The notes below the pieces were generated by a model. That model was not told the origin of the DNA. It was given only the letters and a program-made list of their open reading frames with translations, and made no database searches. DNA of 64,000 nucleotides from Eledone cirrhosa (lineage: Eukaryota). This document shows positions 1-13,490 of this stretch, piece after piece; positions within the stretch are counted from its first letter, which is position 1; every line of letters begins with the position of its first letter. The stretch covers positions 248,001 through 312,000 of the forward strand of contig OZ024750.1 in NCBI GenBank assembly GCA_964016885.1, written 5' to 3'. A program made the translations under genes and the position numbers.

Positions 1-198
1 GTAGTAGTGGTAGTGATGGTAGTGTGGTATTGGTAGTGGTGGTGGTATAAGTTATAGTCCGGCATAATATAAGTTATCGTAAGCAAAAGATTTAGATTGG
101 TTGGCAATTCTCCAGGGTCACAGTTTATTAGGTCAGTCTCGTGATTCAGGACAGAAACAATACACACATACATACACAGATACATACATACAGTAGCA

Positions 199-266
<68 letters not shown>

Positions 267-1879
267 TCACACAACAACGCAGATAAGCATGTCACGCATA
301 TACATACATACAGGTTGTTTTATGAATCATTATGTCGCATATCTGTTGTTGGTTTCTAATTTAGGCACAAGGCCAGCAAATTTTAACTGGTACTTTATTT
401 TATCGATCCCGGAAGAATGAAAAGTAAAGTTGACTATGGCGTGATTTGAACCCAGATCATAAATAATACATGTTATATTAGATTCCACAAAGTAATTTAT
501 CTGACGAGTCTGTCACACCCCTCCACCCCACACACCCATTCCATCCCAACAACATACCCTCCACCACCCCTCATGTCACCAATATATAGTGTTATATACC
601 AAGGCAGCAACTATATTTTACATTGATTGTTGTGTGATATTTAAAAGACAGACGTAATAGAGAGACGTAACAACAGAAATGTTCCACAGCTCTCAAAGAT
701 AAACAATTCTACACAATGATTCCTATTTTTTAGGTCATATCAAACAATAAATATATTAACAATACTCGAAATACTATTGTACTCTGAGAGTGATGTGAAG
801 TCGAGCTATCGACACTGCAACCTGCTAATAAGAGAAGCCAAAACTTTCACCATCCGGTCCCGTCGCAGGAGGCACTGGATGGCACTGGGTGGCATTGGAT
901 GGAACTGGATGACACTGATCCCTATGTCAATACTTTTCAATGGTGCACCCTCAGATTTATGGAAGTATGATTATAACGATCCCAGTATTTTATTGATACT
1001 TTATTCTATCGACACTTGAAGTATGAAAGGCAGCCACAAAGTGTTTTGTTCGACGCTCTAAAGATTCTGCCAATCCCCCGCACCATCGACCAAGATCGCC
1101 TCTAATAATAATTTCTATTTTTGGCACAATGCCAACAATTTGAAGAGAAGGGTGAGTTGATTATATCGACATCAGTACTTAAATGGTACTTTATTTTATC
1201 GACCACGGAAAAAGAAAAAGCAAAGTTGACTTTGGTGGGATTTGAACTCAGAGCGTCGAAATCCGGAACAAATACTGCAAGGCATTGTATCTGACATTGT
1301 AACAACTCTGCCAATTGGCCGTAATATATTATGGCGTGAAAAAGACTAAAACATTCACGTAGCTGTCACAATAGCTGTTGATAAAGATCAGAAAATTAAT
1401 AAGCTCCTGACAGAGAGCCAACAAGTATGTCATGAAACGGAAGTAGGGTATTGTCTTTACTAGGTTACATTCGTCTTTTGAGAAGAGATATATTGTGACG
1501 TCTGGCATACCTCCAGTTGTTATCTGTGACGTCTGGCATATCTCCAGTTTGTTATCTATCACAATTGACTGGGTCACGCTCGTAATATCCGACACATTAA
1601 ACACACTTAGATACATAAGTACATTCACACACACGGAATGCATCTCCGTCGGTTTCAACGATGATTGTTCAATCTATGGATCAGCTTGCTCATGATACTA
1701 ATGAGGATGTGGCTAAGCCCTCCACAGACACGTGCAGTCAAATGTAATTCTCAAGGAGATCAAATGCGGCACAGTGTTTGACAAGGCTGGTCCTTTGAAT
1801 TACAGACAATCTTTTCGATAAATTTCTAAAAACAGTTTCCGTCAACCCAATTTCACCGACAATGGTCGACCTGTGGTTA

Positions 1880-2040
1880 AGATAAGACGTAGAATGTTCG
1901 CATTAGCTGGACATGTGAACCGTCACAATGAAGCAGAGATCTTTTCTGGAAAGCTGATGTGTGCAGACAAGTTGGGAAACCAACCACAACGCTGAAGGAT
2001 GTTCTTGAAGATGACACCGGGTTGATGCTAGACAGCATCT
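1880..2040 (+). mobile_element. RTE-X/RTE-like LINE 3' fragment (degraded)
   Basis: RRRMFALAGHVNRHNE, then a frameshift, then GKPTTTLKDVLEDDTG. Confidence 0.6.
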
Positions 2041-2094
2041 GCGTCTTTCACTCTTTTTCACTCCCCCTTACTCTCTCACCCTCTCATAATAACA

Positions 2095-3245
2095 ATAATT
2101 GTTTCTACTTTTGGCACAAGGCCAGCAATTACCCCAGTGCATTACTGGTACTTTATTTTATCGTCCCCGTAAGGATGGAAGGCAAAGTTAACCCCGTTGG
2201 GATTTGCACTCAGAATGTAAAGGGCCGTAACTCTATGCTGCTAAGCATGATGTCTGAAGCTCTACCGATACTGCCAATCCATAACAATAAAATTGTTATT
2301 CTCTTATCCAGATCTCCTTGTCGTTATAAATAACTTTAACTTAGCATCTGATGGAGGAATTACTCATGAATTTCCAGCTCATCAATAATTCCTCCTATTT
2401 CCTTTATCGGTAAAGACAGGAGTAAACTTAGTTTTCCACATAACTTAATATTTATTATAGAGAAGGGAAGGGAGATAACTCCTTAGTTTCTCAGGTGATA
2501 GCTGGGGAAAATGGTAGTGTTTTGAAGAAAATTATTTCCAGTATTTATATTACATCTCAAATCCTTCTGATGCCGAGTTTTCGTTTTAATTTTTCTGTGG
2601 GTTAATAAAATAAATAGGTACCAGCTTACTATACATACAAGGGAGGATTCCGAGGAAGCCCAGGGTTCCGCGACAAAAATACTGAAGTTCAGTAGACGTT
2701 GTGTCTTAATAATTGTTTCTACTTTTGACACAAGGCCAGCAAATACCCAGTGTATTACTGGTACTTTATTTTATCGACCCCGTAAGGATGAAAGGCAAAG
2801 TTAACCTCGGCGGGATTTGAACTCGACTATAAAGGACCGTAACTCTATGCGGCAAAGCATGGCGTCCGACTCTCCACCGCCCTAATAATGATAATAATTG
2901 TTTCTACTTTTGGCACAAGGCCAGCAATTAAACCAGGGTATTACTGGTACTTTATTTTATCGACCCCATAAGGATGAAAGGCAAAGTTAACCTCGGCGGG
3001 ATTTGAACTTAGATCATAAAGGGCCGTAACTCTTTGCTGCAAAGCATGGCGTCCGACCCTCTACCGATACTGCCATGATTTCTTATATAGGCACAAGGCC
3101 AACAATTTTGGGGGGGGGGGGGGGGAGTCGATTAAATCGACTCCAGTACGTGACTGATACTTTATTTTATCGACCCCGTAAGGATGAAAGGCAAAATTAA
3201 TCTCGGATTTGAACTCAGACTGTAAAGCGCGGTAACTCTACGCTG
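2095..3245 (-). mobile_element. Cluster of 4 tRNA-derived SINE copies (Meta/MESC-like core)
   Basis: The minus strand has the B-box GAGTTCAAATCC, the core GCCTTTCATCCTTACGGGGTCGATAAAATAAAGTACCAG and the tail GGCCTTGTGCC.AAAGTAGAAA. Many other copies occur in the window (350, 1110, 6650, 6870, 12230, 30900, 36570, 44400). Confidence 0.85.
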
Positions 3246-3269
3246 AAAATAAATAAATAACAGAATATT

Positions 3270-3670
3270 TGGGGGGAGATCACCCAGGGGTAGTTTAGTA
3301 ATCCCACAGATCCGAAACCGAATCACCAGGAGCACCCATTGGAAGGTGCCCCAGTCTCCAGCCTACAAGTGCATGCTTAGAGTAGGCCCATTCACTCGGG
3401 CCATTCTCGCCACATTCAGCCACCTTTTAACAGATGTACTGGAGGTGAGGTCAGTACAACCCTCTGCCTCCTCACATACCTTTCCAAGTTGACTTTGAAA
3501 ACGTTGATGAGGGCTTGGCCGAAGAAGAAAGTGTCTGTCCTCAATCCTTTCAGTCGTGTCCACCATACAACTTCTTTCGTCACAGCCACCAAAATAAAAC
3601 TGCCAGCTCTTCACGGCGAAAGTTCACAAGTGATGTCTTCTGTGTTTGCTGACTCAGCAACTAAAGAGTG
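3270..3670 (-). mobile_element. 3' fragment of the same L1/Tx1-like LINE family
   Basis: WTRLKGLRTDTFFFGQALINVFK...SVKRWLNVARMARVNGPTLSMHL*. Shares CAAGCCCTCATCAAC and GTGAATG.GCCTACTCTAAG with 48700-48840. Confidence 0.65.
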
Positions 3671-4594
3671 AACAATGAGAAATGTTATCTAAGGGACATA
3701 ACTTTTAAAATTATTATTTCAATGATAGGAACAAATTCGTATTTAACCCTTTCTCTCCGTATTTCGAGGGATTAACTAAAATCATAAAAATTATTCATTA
3801 AAATCATTACTTAGATATGTGAGCATATGGTTCTTATAAAAAATTGTGTTGGAAGATTTCAATTTAAAATGAGTGGATTGTTTTGTTTTTCATAAAAACC
3901 AAGGCGGTTTTTGACCGGGTTGGTATTAATAGGGAAACAATACTGATTGATGACATATCGACCACTTTCCGATACGTTTGTTGCTGAAACTCTGGTGTCC
4001 TTGGACCCTGGAACCCCTTTCTACTCACTGTCAATGAAACAGATTTGGCCACCCACTGGAATGTAGGGCTATTTGGCTATTTCAACTTGTTTTCTTCGCT
4101 ATCATCCGGGATAACCCTTTTTTTTATTTTGTCCGCTGGAACCTGGGATTCTGGGGAGCGTTCTTCCATACTGTGGTATTGATGGTCACGTCGATACAAA
4201 CATACACACGTGGAAATACACACGCGAAAACACACTCTCACATACATAGAAACAAGAGAAAAAGTCACATGCACACAGACATACTCAAACATAAATACAC
4301 ACGCACAAAAGCTTCCCTCTACAGATAATACACGCCTACAACACACGTGATAATACACACACACATGCATAGAAACAATTAAAAAAACCACCTCCACACC
4401 CGCGTGTAGAAACTCTCACACACATCTACCAATTTCTTCCCCCCTTCAGCACACACAACCACACCCATGACTCCCCATTACCCCCCCCCCCCCCCCATCC
4501 AGGCCGCATCTTTCACCTCCCAACCTGCTTTTCCTAACTTCCTTTCCTATTCCTCACACACTACCCATAATCTACCTGTTCTCTCCCTATCCAG

Positions 4595-4635
4595 ATTTTC
4601 CTGATGAAGGACTTCTGTCCGAAACATTGACCTCT
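4595..4635 (+). ncRNA. Hammerhead-like core in a Penelope-type pseudo-LTR remnant (about 4500-4735)
   Basis: CTGATGA-A-GGAC(TTCT)GTCC-GAAAC at 4601-4625. Helix III and the cleavage site look decayed. Followed by a pyrimidine-rich tail and AATAAA. Confidence 0.6.
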
Positions 4636-4819
4636 CCTCCACTTTCTCCAAGCATGAACCTAATAAAACTGTTTATTTTTGCATTCCTGTGTTTGTTTTG
4701 CTCTCTTTCATTTATTAACCATATATATTAACTATATATATAATGCAGTCTTGGATACATACTCTGTATTTATACAGATATAACATCATCATATCATCAT
4801 CATCACCGTTTTACATATA

Positions 4820-6190
4820 TACTGTATATGCCAGTGTACAAGTCGATCTGGCGCGTAGGTCGACCCCTAAAATTCTGAGATGTAATTCAGGTTTAAGCCT
4901 ATATTCGCCGGATGAGACAACACCCCCCAAAAATATGGCAGTTGCAGGGGAAATAATTCAAAAAATTTAGTGGTACGCTGAAGGCTAAGACACTTCTAAA
5001 ACACTTCAGTCATAAGTGAGTTCTAACTCACTGAGTAAACCAGCCTCACCTTAACGAACCTATGGTAACCTACCATATGATAACCTAACCTATGGTAACC
5101 TACCCTATGGTAACCGACCTATAGTAACCTAATCTATGGTAACCTATCCTATGATAACCTAACCTATGGTAACCTACCCTGTGGTAACCTAACCTATGGT
5201 AACCGACCTATAGTAACCTAACCTATGGTAACCTACCATATGATAACCTAACCTATGGTAACCGACCTATAGTAACCTAACCTATGGTAACCTACCATAT
5301 GATAACCTAACCTATGGTAACCGACCTATAGCAACCTAACCTATGGTAACCTACCATATGATAACCTAACCTATGGTAACCGACCTATAGTAACCTAACC
5401 TATGGTAACCTACCATATGATAACCTAACCTATGGTAACCGACCTATAGCAACCTAACCTATGGTAACCTACCATATGATAACCTAACCTATGGTAACCG
5501 ACCTATAGTAACCTAACCTATGGTAACCTACCATATGATAACCTAACCTATGGTAACCGACCTATAGCAACCTAACCTATGGTAACCTACCATATGATAA
5601 CCTAACCTATGGTAACCGACCTATAGTAACCTAGCCTATGGTAACCTACCATATGATAACCTAACTTATGGTAACCGACCTATAGCAACCTAACCTATGG
5701 TAACCTACCATATGATAACCTAACCTATGGTAACCGACCTATAGTAACCTAACCTATGGTAACCTATCCTATGATAACCTAACCTATAGTAACCTAACCT
5801 AAGGTAACCTACCATATGATAACCTAACCTATGGTAACCTAACCTATGGTAACCGACCTATAGTAACCTAACCTATGGTAACCTACCCTACGGTAACCTA
5901 CCCTATGGTAACCTACCCTATGGTAACTTACCCTATGAGCTACGGCAAGTCATTGATATTATTATAATCTCTACGTTAAATAGACTCAACAAATATGAGA
6001 TTCAGTAGGAAATAATTGTGGTGGGCTGCTAGAGTTATGGTAAGTGGTGTACGAGTGTTAGGCAGGCAGTTTCACTGTTTACCCCTCAGTGGTAAAGGTT
6101 CACATTATATATTTGGTGGACAAGTCGACCCTTGGTTTTGGAGCGATATTTTTAGGCTTCAAATATTGACTTGTATGCCAGCATATATAT
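4820..6190. mobile_element. Tc2/pogo-like non-autonomous element containing a satellite array
   Basis: Left end TA-CTGTATATGCCAGTGTACAAGTCGA and right end TTGACTTGTATGCCAGCATATA form an imperfect TIR. GTCGACCC subterminal motifs occur at both ends. Confidence 0.55.
5058..5936. repeat. Satellite with a 15-bp monomer (AACCT AACCT ATGGT) and 59-bp and 118-bp higher-order units
   Basis: Read directly from the sequence. The AACCG ACCT ATAG(T/C) variant recurs every 59 bp, with T and C alternating. Confidence 0.95.
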
Positions 6191-7487
6191 CATCATCGTC
6201 ATTGTTTAACATTCATTTTCCACGCTAGCATGGGTTGGACGGGTTAACTTCCATAAGGCAGTAAAACATCAGTTTGCACTCAAAATACTAAAGAAAAAAC
6301 AAAACAAAACTGCTGCCATCTAATCTCGTCTGCAAATGTCACAATGTTTGATAATAAATTTGAAACGCAAGTATATTTCCCATATGAATCTTGGTATTAA
6401 CCTTATTCTGATAACACAAGTATATTTCCCATATAGATCTGGATGTAAATCTGTTTCTGATAATAAAGAGGACAGAACCCTATCCATGAACTATCATCTG
6501 AAAATCTTAACTGTTTCAGAGATAAGATGTTAAAAGAATAAATCTTCATACAGATAAAAAGATTCAATTTCTGTTCATGTTACTGCCTTAGTATATACTA
6601 TTTTCCTCTTTTACTTTTTCACTGGTTTCAGTCAATGATTAAATTGTATTGTGGTGAATTGGTAGTGCATCAGACACCATGCTTTGCAGCATAGAGTTAT
6701 GGCCCTTTATGTTTTGAGTTCAAATCCAGCCGAGGTTAGCTTTGCCTTTCATTCTTACGGGGTTACAAGCTCATGGTCAGTCATTTACCTTATTAATGTG
6801 TGTGTTTGTGTGTTTGTGTGTGTGTGTGTGTGTGTGTATTTAGAGAGAGGAGAATGAGAGAATTGATCTCGGTACTGAACTGGTACTCTATATTATTGAG
6901 CTGGGAAAGATGAAATGTAAAGTGGACCATGGTGGGATTTGAACTCAGAATGTAAAGAGCTGGAATAAATACTGCTAAGTGTTTGTCCGATGCTCTACTG
7001 ACTCTGCTATAATGATAAACATTTGATAACCTTATCCGGTAACGTGTAACCCTCGTGAAGATAAGATTTGTGAGTTATGTAATTCCAACTACTCCCCCTG
7101 TCCACATAGCAGTATCCTGATTTACACGCATGCATCTAATGTTATGTAAATATAGTTAAAAGGGAGCACTGTGCTGTGCTAGTGAGCTGGATGAAGTTCA
7201 CAAACTGGAACACAAGTTTATGTGGACTAAAACGTTTGTGAAGGTTGATGCTCACGTGATAAAGTGATGTTTATAAACCACAACTTTCACACCAAACTAT
7301 CACAGATTCTCTTCCGAAGCTGTTCACATCACATCTCTCATAATACTGTAAGTAGAAATAGTTCTTTCATATATCTTATACATTTATTACCTGTTGCATT
7401 GTGGTTCTTCTTCCAGGTCAGAACACTTATTTCTTTTAGCGTAGACTTTGGTTTTAACCCTCTATCTTAATTATTATTATTATCATC

Positions 7488-7690
7488 CAGAATCGGTAGA
7501 GCGTCGGACAACATGCTTAGCTGCATAGAATTACGGCTCTCTACGTTCTCAGTTCAAATCCCGCCGCGGTTAACTTTGCCTTTCATCCTTACAGGGCCGA
7601 TGAAATAAAGTACCAGTAATGCACTGGGGTCGATTTAATCGACTTTCCCCTCTCCCAAATTTCTTGCCTTGTGCCTAAAGTAGAAAATTT
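7488..7690 (+). mobile_element. Near full-length copy of the same tRNA-derived SINE
   Basis: A-box-like CAGAATCGGTAGAGCGTCGG, B-box AGTTCAAATCC, core, GGGGTCGATTTAATCGAC hairpin and tail. Confidence 0.85.
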
Positions 7691-10600
7691 TATTATCATC
7701 ATCTTCAAAAACTTCGTTTTATCTACTAGCAATGGGTTGGAGAGGTCGTCACACACTAAGTCAGTATTTAATCGGAGTTAATGACCTCTCAGACAGGTCT
7801 TTGGCCGTGTCTACTTACGAGTTTACACTAGCACTAGACTGTTCCTCATGTTTTTACCACAAACGAGCAACTATATCGACCCTTTATTTGCTAACTTTTG
7901 CGGCTGGGTGTCCTTCCTATCATCAATCACTTTACAGAGTGTATTGAGTACGTTTTATAACGTTTATGAAGGTTCAATCAAAAACAGTGAAATTAATTTA
8001 GAGATGTTTTGTTGATGTCTCCGATCTGTTTTTGTTTATAAATATGTGTTTGTTTTGTGCTATAAAACTTTGTATTATCATATAACAAATATATAAGATT
8101 AAATAAAAGTACATACATGTAATTAATTGATTATTGCTAGGAACCTTATAAATACACAAAATGATATAAGCAAAGCGAGAATAAGAAAAAACATCAATTT
8201 CATTTGCATATGAAGTATACAAATAAATATATTGTGCTTGTATTTTATACGTAAATGTTCATCCATAATAAAGTGAAACTGTAACAACATCCAAATATAA
8301 ACAAAAACGGTAAATGTATAGAATAACGAATATATATATATATATATATCGAATGTAGAAAAGTAACACACGAGTTGATATATATAAAAACAAATTGTAG
8401 AAAGGAAAAAGATTTTTTCAGTAAAATAAATTAATAAATTAATGTTTTAAATAAATTAATGTTTTGATATTTCACTGAAAAAATCTTTTTCCTTTCTACA
8501 ACAATTTGTTTATATATCTGTGTGTGCGTGTGCGTGTGCGTGTGTGTGTGTTCTTTCATTACAATCAATCATTTCGAAAAAAAAAAAAAATTTTCAAATT
8601 ACGTCCCTTACATCGGTTCGTTATTCTATTCGTCGACCACAAAAACACTGCTTCAGTGGTTCATTGGGTTAAAGATTTACAATTTATTAATAACATCATT
8701 TTTTAAAAATAAACGATCTCTATGAAATTACATGAGAGCAAAAGTTCACATTTTTTCCCCTAAATAAATGTGTTGACAATATAAATAGCTTGAAATTACA
8801 CATACAAATTTCATAGCTGTCAAAAATCAACACATACACACACATATCTTTATTACTTAATCACATAAATATTTCATATGAAAATATAGAATCAAAATGA
8901 AAAAAAATATTGAGTCAATATGTCACACACTACAAGGAGTGCTGGAGCCCCACTCTATTACCTTTTGAGGCAAGCCAACACACTGACAGCACTACCAAGG
9001 GTGATAGAGTGGCTAAGGCGCTGGAACAACCAAGTCACCTCACCAGACACCTGAGTATGGCTGGGTGAGGCACAGGAACAACGAAGCATGTGGTGACGAT
9101 GACGAGGATAGGATAAGTTAATTTTTACAATTATACCCGTCTCGCATTGGATGTGAAAATAATGCTTTTCCTGTGTTTTCTGGTTTGTTTTCAATGAACC
9201 AGGCCTTCGTGGGGGTGATTGTACTTGGGATGGAAGCAATGCCGGAGTTTTCTTTATAACTACATACATCTAGCTTCATACACTGAAGTGTATGATTGTT
9301 TTTTTGTTTTTTTTAATTAATCTGGTTGGGGATGGACACCCTCGGGTTTGTAAATATTACACTCATGTCTACAGTGAACTGGAGAAATGTGAAATATAGG
9401 GTCTTGCTCAAGGACACAACACCCAATCCGGGAATCGAACTCACAACCTTGAGAACCCAATGATTTAACCACTTAGCCACATGTCTTCACTAGATATTTT
9501 TTAATGTTTCATCTCTTTAGATATTCAATAAACCCACCAGCTTGGGAAATTGGATGTAAAATTATGATAATGAATTTTATTTTCAGTTTGAGTTTCTTGT
9601 GTACATGAAAGACTTAGAAACAACAAAAATGCCCAAAGAAGTTAGCATTGAACATCATAATAAAATAAACAGGTATGTGAAACTATTGATTACTAATTTC
9701 TGTTACGCAGGAACAGTGGAAGCATTTCTGAATTGGGGGGAGGGACAAATTTGGTCAATTTAGTTGTAGTGATTAGTTTAGCTGTTATCAAATATCAACC
9801 GAGATATAAAAAAACTTTGATATATGATAAACATAACACGTATATAAACTGTAGCGTATATACAAATAGATGTGTGTTTTGGTAGTTTGGGGAGTAAAAT
9901 ATATGGGGTCCCCCCAGCTCCATTGCCTCTCATATGTAAGATATTTGTTAATCCTAATTTGTCGACCTTCCCAAATTTTCAGGTTACTGGAGGGGTTTAT
10001 AATAGTTATAATGTATAATTAATCATTTTAGTTCTATCATAAATGGACCTCAGTCTGTTTCAATGAGTGTTCCAGTTGTTCAATCAGTGGAATAAACTGC
10101 TCATGAAATTAATATACAAGTGCCTGAGCATTCCACCCACATGTGTACCCATAACATAATTCTCAGTGAGATTCAGAACGACAGTGTGTGTTAAGTCTGG
10201 CCCTTTAAACTACAGGTACAGTCAATTCTACAGGCTTCCAAACAGTTTCTATCTACCCAGTTTCACACATGAGTCATGGATCAACCCAAGGCAATGATAA
10301 ATGACACTTGCTCACGATGTCACACAGTGGAATTGAACCTGGAACATTAATAATTGTCAAGTAAACACCATAACCATTTGCTATGCGTTGTCAACAGTCC
10401 TAGCATATGGTCCTAACAAAATATATAACTCTACACACAATTGGCAGTATTGTATATTGTCTAACAGTAAATTTTATAATAAATGTTGATTTTATAATCA
10501 ACCCTTTCAAGTTTATAGCTAAACCTTATCTTCCTTTGTACTAATTCGCATATCCAATTTAGATAGATAGCAACCTATCAGCTGTATTGTAGATTAGCAT

Positions 10601-13414
10601 TATAATTGGTGGAAATCATTATCTTCCCCTCATCTGACTTTTGGTCTGCTGTGCCTTTCCCTGGGACATAATGGCCTTTTTGAGTCCTTGAGTTTGAGAC
10701 CCCCTGCTTTAGCCTGTTACATCCCTTTTTGAAACCCCCAGCTTTTGATTAACTCTAAGGCTACTTTTTAGCAAGAGAAAACCTTGTAAATCTATCTATT
10801 TTTGTACCACTCTTCTAAGTCAAGAACACTTATGTGTAAGGTCTTTCCACTTGGAAAACAACAATAAAATAACAGAAAAAAAAAAACATTTTCATCCTCA
10901 TGCCATATATAATTCACATAAAGGGTTTCATTACATTGCCATATATCCTTCACATCTTCATACATACCTTATTTAAATGAATATGATTGAAATTAGTCTA
11001 TACTTGTAATATATTTCTTTTCCATCTTTCTATTTTTTCCTCTTCAGCAACATGAGCCATAATAAGAAGACAAATCACATATACAAAGACAATCAAGCCT
11101 TTACAAACACGGAACAAAGGACAGACAATAGTAACAACGGTTGGGGACCATTATTTAAAAACAAGGCACACTTTGTTAATTTACACGTGTGCTAAATAAC
11201 AAGATCTGAATTTTACTCATCACAATGTTGCATAAGAATTAATCAATATATTAAAAAAACCCAGCTCAGGATAAAATACTAAGTATGAAACATGGAAGAG
11301 AGAAAAGATGAAAGGAATTAGAATATATCAATAGTCTTGTAGCAAATATCCATTTCACTTGGATTTCATTTTTTAAACTTTTCAAGTCCTTTTTTTTAAA
11401 TCACATTCTAATATCACGTACACACACACACACATATACACATTGTATTTTCCATCCATATTTTGATCATTTCTCAAAATAAAACAAGACAACAAATGTA
11501 TAGGAATTGTGGCATAATTGATTGGCGTGATTCCAATGTATAACTGGTACTTATCTATCAAAATGGAAAGTTATGTTGAATCTGGTGAGATTTGAACTCA
11601 GAATACAGAGAATTCTGCAATTCTATTGCCTACGTATTTCAGTAGCCTAGTTACATCATCCAATCTTGATGTAAGATTTAGACGATTTCATCAGGTGTGG
11701 ATTGCAAAATTACATCATGGTTTACTAACAGGAATCACCATTTCTACCCATTAGTAAACCACACTATATATAAATATAGTTCCACTTTCAGCATTTATAT
11801 AATATCAATATTTTGAGCTTGATGCACTTTTTCAGCATCAAATATAACATCATATACAGTTGAGTACACTGTTAGCTATTTATTGAGTTAAAAAACAAAC
11901 ATGTAAAAGGCATAATTGAAACTTACCTTATACATTTAGATGGCTGGCTGAATAAAGTAAAAACCTACCAGTTTATATTCAGTGTTTCATTGAATCTCTC
12001 TAGATGATGTACATACTTCTACTTGCCTCAGTTTATATAACTAGATGATAACTGGATGCATGAATACATGGTCCCATAACTCTTGAGGGAGACATTGGCT
12101 ATGTGTATTGACATACAGTGTTTCTAGGGTATTCTTAAATCTAGCAAAGCCCATGCATCTCCAGGTCTGAATACAGCAGATATCTTCCAGAGAAGATTAG
12201 AGAATGAAAGTGAGAAAGAGATATAGAGGAAAAATCAACTCCAGTACTTGACTGGTACTTTTTTTTATCGAGTTCAAATGGATGAAAGGCAAAGTTGACC
12301 TCAGAGAGCAGAGAGCCAAAACGAATAACGCAAAGCATTCTATCTGACGTTCTACTGACTCTACCAATTATTAGACTTTATTGTACACCATTGAAGGTCA
12401 ACTTTACCTTTCATTCCTTTGAGGTCAATAATATACCAGTCCTCTACTGGTTGATTCTTTTTCTGGAAGAAATCAGTTTGTTTTCAAACTTAGAGGGGGA
12501 CAGGCTTCACCAGGATTTTATACCCAAGACATACTGAGTATCACAAGAGTACTCCTACAACTTAATCAGGAGTTTAGGGCCTGTACATGGCATACTATTC
12601 AGTACATCCACAACCTGATTTTGGTGGGGAAGTTTTCAGCAACAGAGTCCCATTCTCTTCAGAGGAAGAATGACCTTCATCTAGTTGAGTTAATAAAAAC
12701 CAAGGTTTAGTCTAATAACTCATTGAGACTCAAGGAATAGTTAAATCTATTTATGAGACAGGTTATCTACATCAACATGCTAAGCATTTAAAAAACATCA
12801 ATTTCCAACAAATATTTTCACTTTCAAAGTGAATAAAATAAAATGATTTACAAAGCTTGTTTGTTTGTTCTTATTCTATGTCAATCATGTTTTTTTAGTT
12901 AAGACAGGTGTGTGTGTGTGTGTGTGTGAATGTGCTACCTATTGTATGTGTGTGAATGTGTTGCCTATTGTGCAATGTAACAGTAGTAAGATCTGAACTT
13001 ATGACCATGTAGCCTGTAGTCCAGTACTATAACTTCATAGACATAGTTGACCATGCTTCACTGTTGAGGTTTAATAAGACCAGAACATGCCTGGAGTTAG
13101 CACTGTATTGATTACTAAAGGTTTGGCTCACTTCCTACTGCATTCTATATTTAATTAATTATTAAAATGTTGGGAGACTAGGTAGGTGGTGGGGAGATCA
13201 AGTATGCAAGGCGGAAGACTAGGTGAGTCGGACAGATGGTGCAGAAGGGGTGATGATGGGACAACCTAAGTGTTGTTACATCTTTCTCATCCCACCTGAG
13301 TAGGGAGGCATGTCTTCTGTAGTGAGTCTTATTGCCAGCCAACTCAATCCTTTGTCATTTCCTCTGCAAAGTCCAGCTTCATCCCATATTTTTCGCTCTT
13401 CTACAGGTTTGAGT

Positions 13415-13490
13415 TATAATCTCCTGTCTCTCCAGACCTGAATCCGTTGGACTACTATGTACGAGGTGTAATCAAAAGGGAAGTCAACAC
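13415..13490 (+). mobile_element. Tiny Tc1/maT-like transposase remnant
   Basis: SPDLNPLDYYVRGVIKREVN motif only. Confidence 0.5.

Noticed and set aside
3489-3671. Apparent paralogous exon pair with 48416-48743, one frame ending in CVC*
   Set aside because: The similarity is better explained by the opposite strand encoding an L1/Tx1 ORF2 C-terminus, and frames are not conserved between the copies.
5058-5936. Interstitial telomeric (CCTAA/TTAGG-like) repeat
   Set aside because: AACCT runs are constantly interrupted by ATGGT-type units in a 15/59-bp period, so this is not a pure telomeric array.
7488-7570. tRNA gene (A and B boxes)
   Set aside because: It is the head of a high-copy SINE, and no complete cloverleaf is seen.
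8934-9270. GC-richer island with a 103-aa ORF
   Set aside because: No recognisable protein motif or splice pattern. It is probably an unclassified repeat fragment, and no call can be supported.
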